64,000 nucleotides of DNA. It comes from Chiloscyllium plagiosum (taxonomy: Eukaryota). Location: NCBI RefSeq assembly GCF_004010195.1, contig NC_057711.1, positions 69,007,619-69,071,618 of the forward strand, in the 5' to 3' direction. Each line of letters opens with the position of its first letter. Within the stretch, counting starts at the first letter, position 1. This document shows positions 62,629 to 64,000 of the stretch, piece by piece. The notes under the pieces were generated by a model that was given only the letters and a program-made list of their open reading frames with translations, had not been told where the DNA came from and ran no database searches. A program made the position numbers and the translations under genes.

Positions 62629-64000
62629 TAAGTCCTATTTAGAACCATAATTATGTATGTTTTATGATGAGTAATTTTATTATATGTCATTTCATATGTT
62701 TGAATTCAGAAGGTGAAATTTGTAATGGTGATAAACAACCTTGTCCTAGGAATGAACTTAAAATGTCTTTTTTTTTCCTCCTATTTACTAACCATCCTGG
62801 GTGAAATGTTTACCACTTAATTACAACCCTTCGCTGGAGAGTCTGCTTTGAGCAATATAATAATCATGCATCTGATTTCTGCTGATTATTTTTAAAAAAA
62901 AAGTAATGTCAGCCTAAACTATTGATGTAATTAGAACCAGATGGTGGTAGGTGCTGCTTTGAAGAGTTTCTGTTCCACAGAGTTTCACAGCAGTGGAATA
63001 CTGTTACACCAAAAGGAATAGCTGAATGGAAAATTAGTTTGATCTCTGAAGGGGAGCTTTTTTACACTGTTCCACTGACCATTTATTCATGTAGAGATGT
63101 GGAAAAATATTTTTTACAACGTAGTTTGCTATATTATGATACCAAGAGGGGGATGCAGAATACAGAGGGGAATATTCCCCCCCAATCCAGGAAAGCTGCA
63201 GGAGAAAGAGAAATACTCAGCCAAGTTATCCAAAAGCGATCTGATACTACTAGAATTTGCCATTTGTAGGGTGAATCTGATCAGACTTGGGAGACAACTA
63301 TTTCTTGATTAAAATAACCTTAGAGTTGGAGAGGGGAGACATTTTTAACAAAATAAAATAAACTTGATTCAAATCTGATATCGACTACGAGCTTCTAATG
63401 GATTTAAAGCTATTGTTAAAAAGTATAAGATTAGAGATTCTGATAATGTTATTGTTAGGAATGCAGGAATAGCAATTGGCAGTTTAGCCTCTAAAGCATG
63501 TTCCAGTATTCAGAGATGAATACAGATTTGTAACTAAACTCCATATGCCTACTGTTTTATTGTTTTATTAAGTTTAAGTCTGTGTACTCTGAAATCATGA
63601 CTTCATGTAAGCCTCTGATTTTCACCCTATTCCTCGATATTACCCACCAACCATCTATGCCTATTATGTGCATTCTATATGTTTCCCACTTACCTCCCAA
63701 GTCTCAAACTGTGTAAGGTTGGTACCTTTGCTTTGAGTAATCTCCTTGCTATGGCTCTGGTCTTGTTTTTGAGATCCAGGATCTTCAGTACTCTCCTAAC
63801 TAACAGTGTGAGTGTCTTCCCCTGGGTGGTTGCAGAACTTGTTGTAAATCTTTCTATATCATCTTCTGAGGAATTGTTGTAACGTGCTGTAATATGGGTT
63901 CTTTAGCATTTCATACAAGCTCAGGCCAAATCTCTAGGTTACAGTTTTTTTTTATTAAAAGTTTTATCGCTACATTGTACATGATGGTACAGCGACGGGA

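Noticed and set aside
63890..63935. Minus-strand FGLSLYEMLKNPYY resembling a CMGC kinase subdomain
   Set aside because: No other kinase motifs adjacent and the frame stops shortly after.

Overview
Vertebrate, repeat-rich genomic DNA, most likely from a shark or other cartilaginous fish (HE1/V-type and Deu-type SINEs, many CR1 LINE families, Penelope-like elements). Species cannot be fixed from the sequence. The only host gene I can support is SRFBP1 (BUD22 family) on the + strand: two small internal coding exons at 17644-17732 and 21987-22059 splice in frame and are missed by the ORF track. I found neither its first exon nor the next one, so the window is probably almost entirely intronic. 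The rest is decayed transposons: one ~4 kb CR1 with ORF1 and ORF2, many truncated CR1/L2-group and RTE fragments, two Penelope-like GIY-YIG fragments, a Harbinger-like Myb/SANT remnant, MITEs and solo LTRs. There is also a tRNA-Asn pseudogene, two local duplications and a 500-N gap. The most interesting pattern is at least six short (105-181 bp) Penelope-terminus-derived inserts, each flanked by a 9-15 bp target-site duplication. Most carry a minimal hammerhead-ribozyme motif and two are hairpins, so they look like retrozyme-like non-autonomous elements. Four minus-strand exon-like segments hint, weakly, at an antisense transcript. There are no prokaryotic features. Repeat boundaries are approximate unless a TSD is quoted; family names and reference sequences are recognised from memory, not from database searches.
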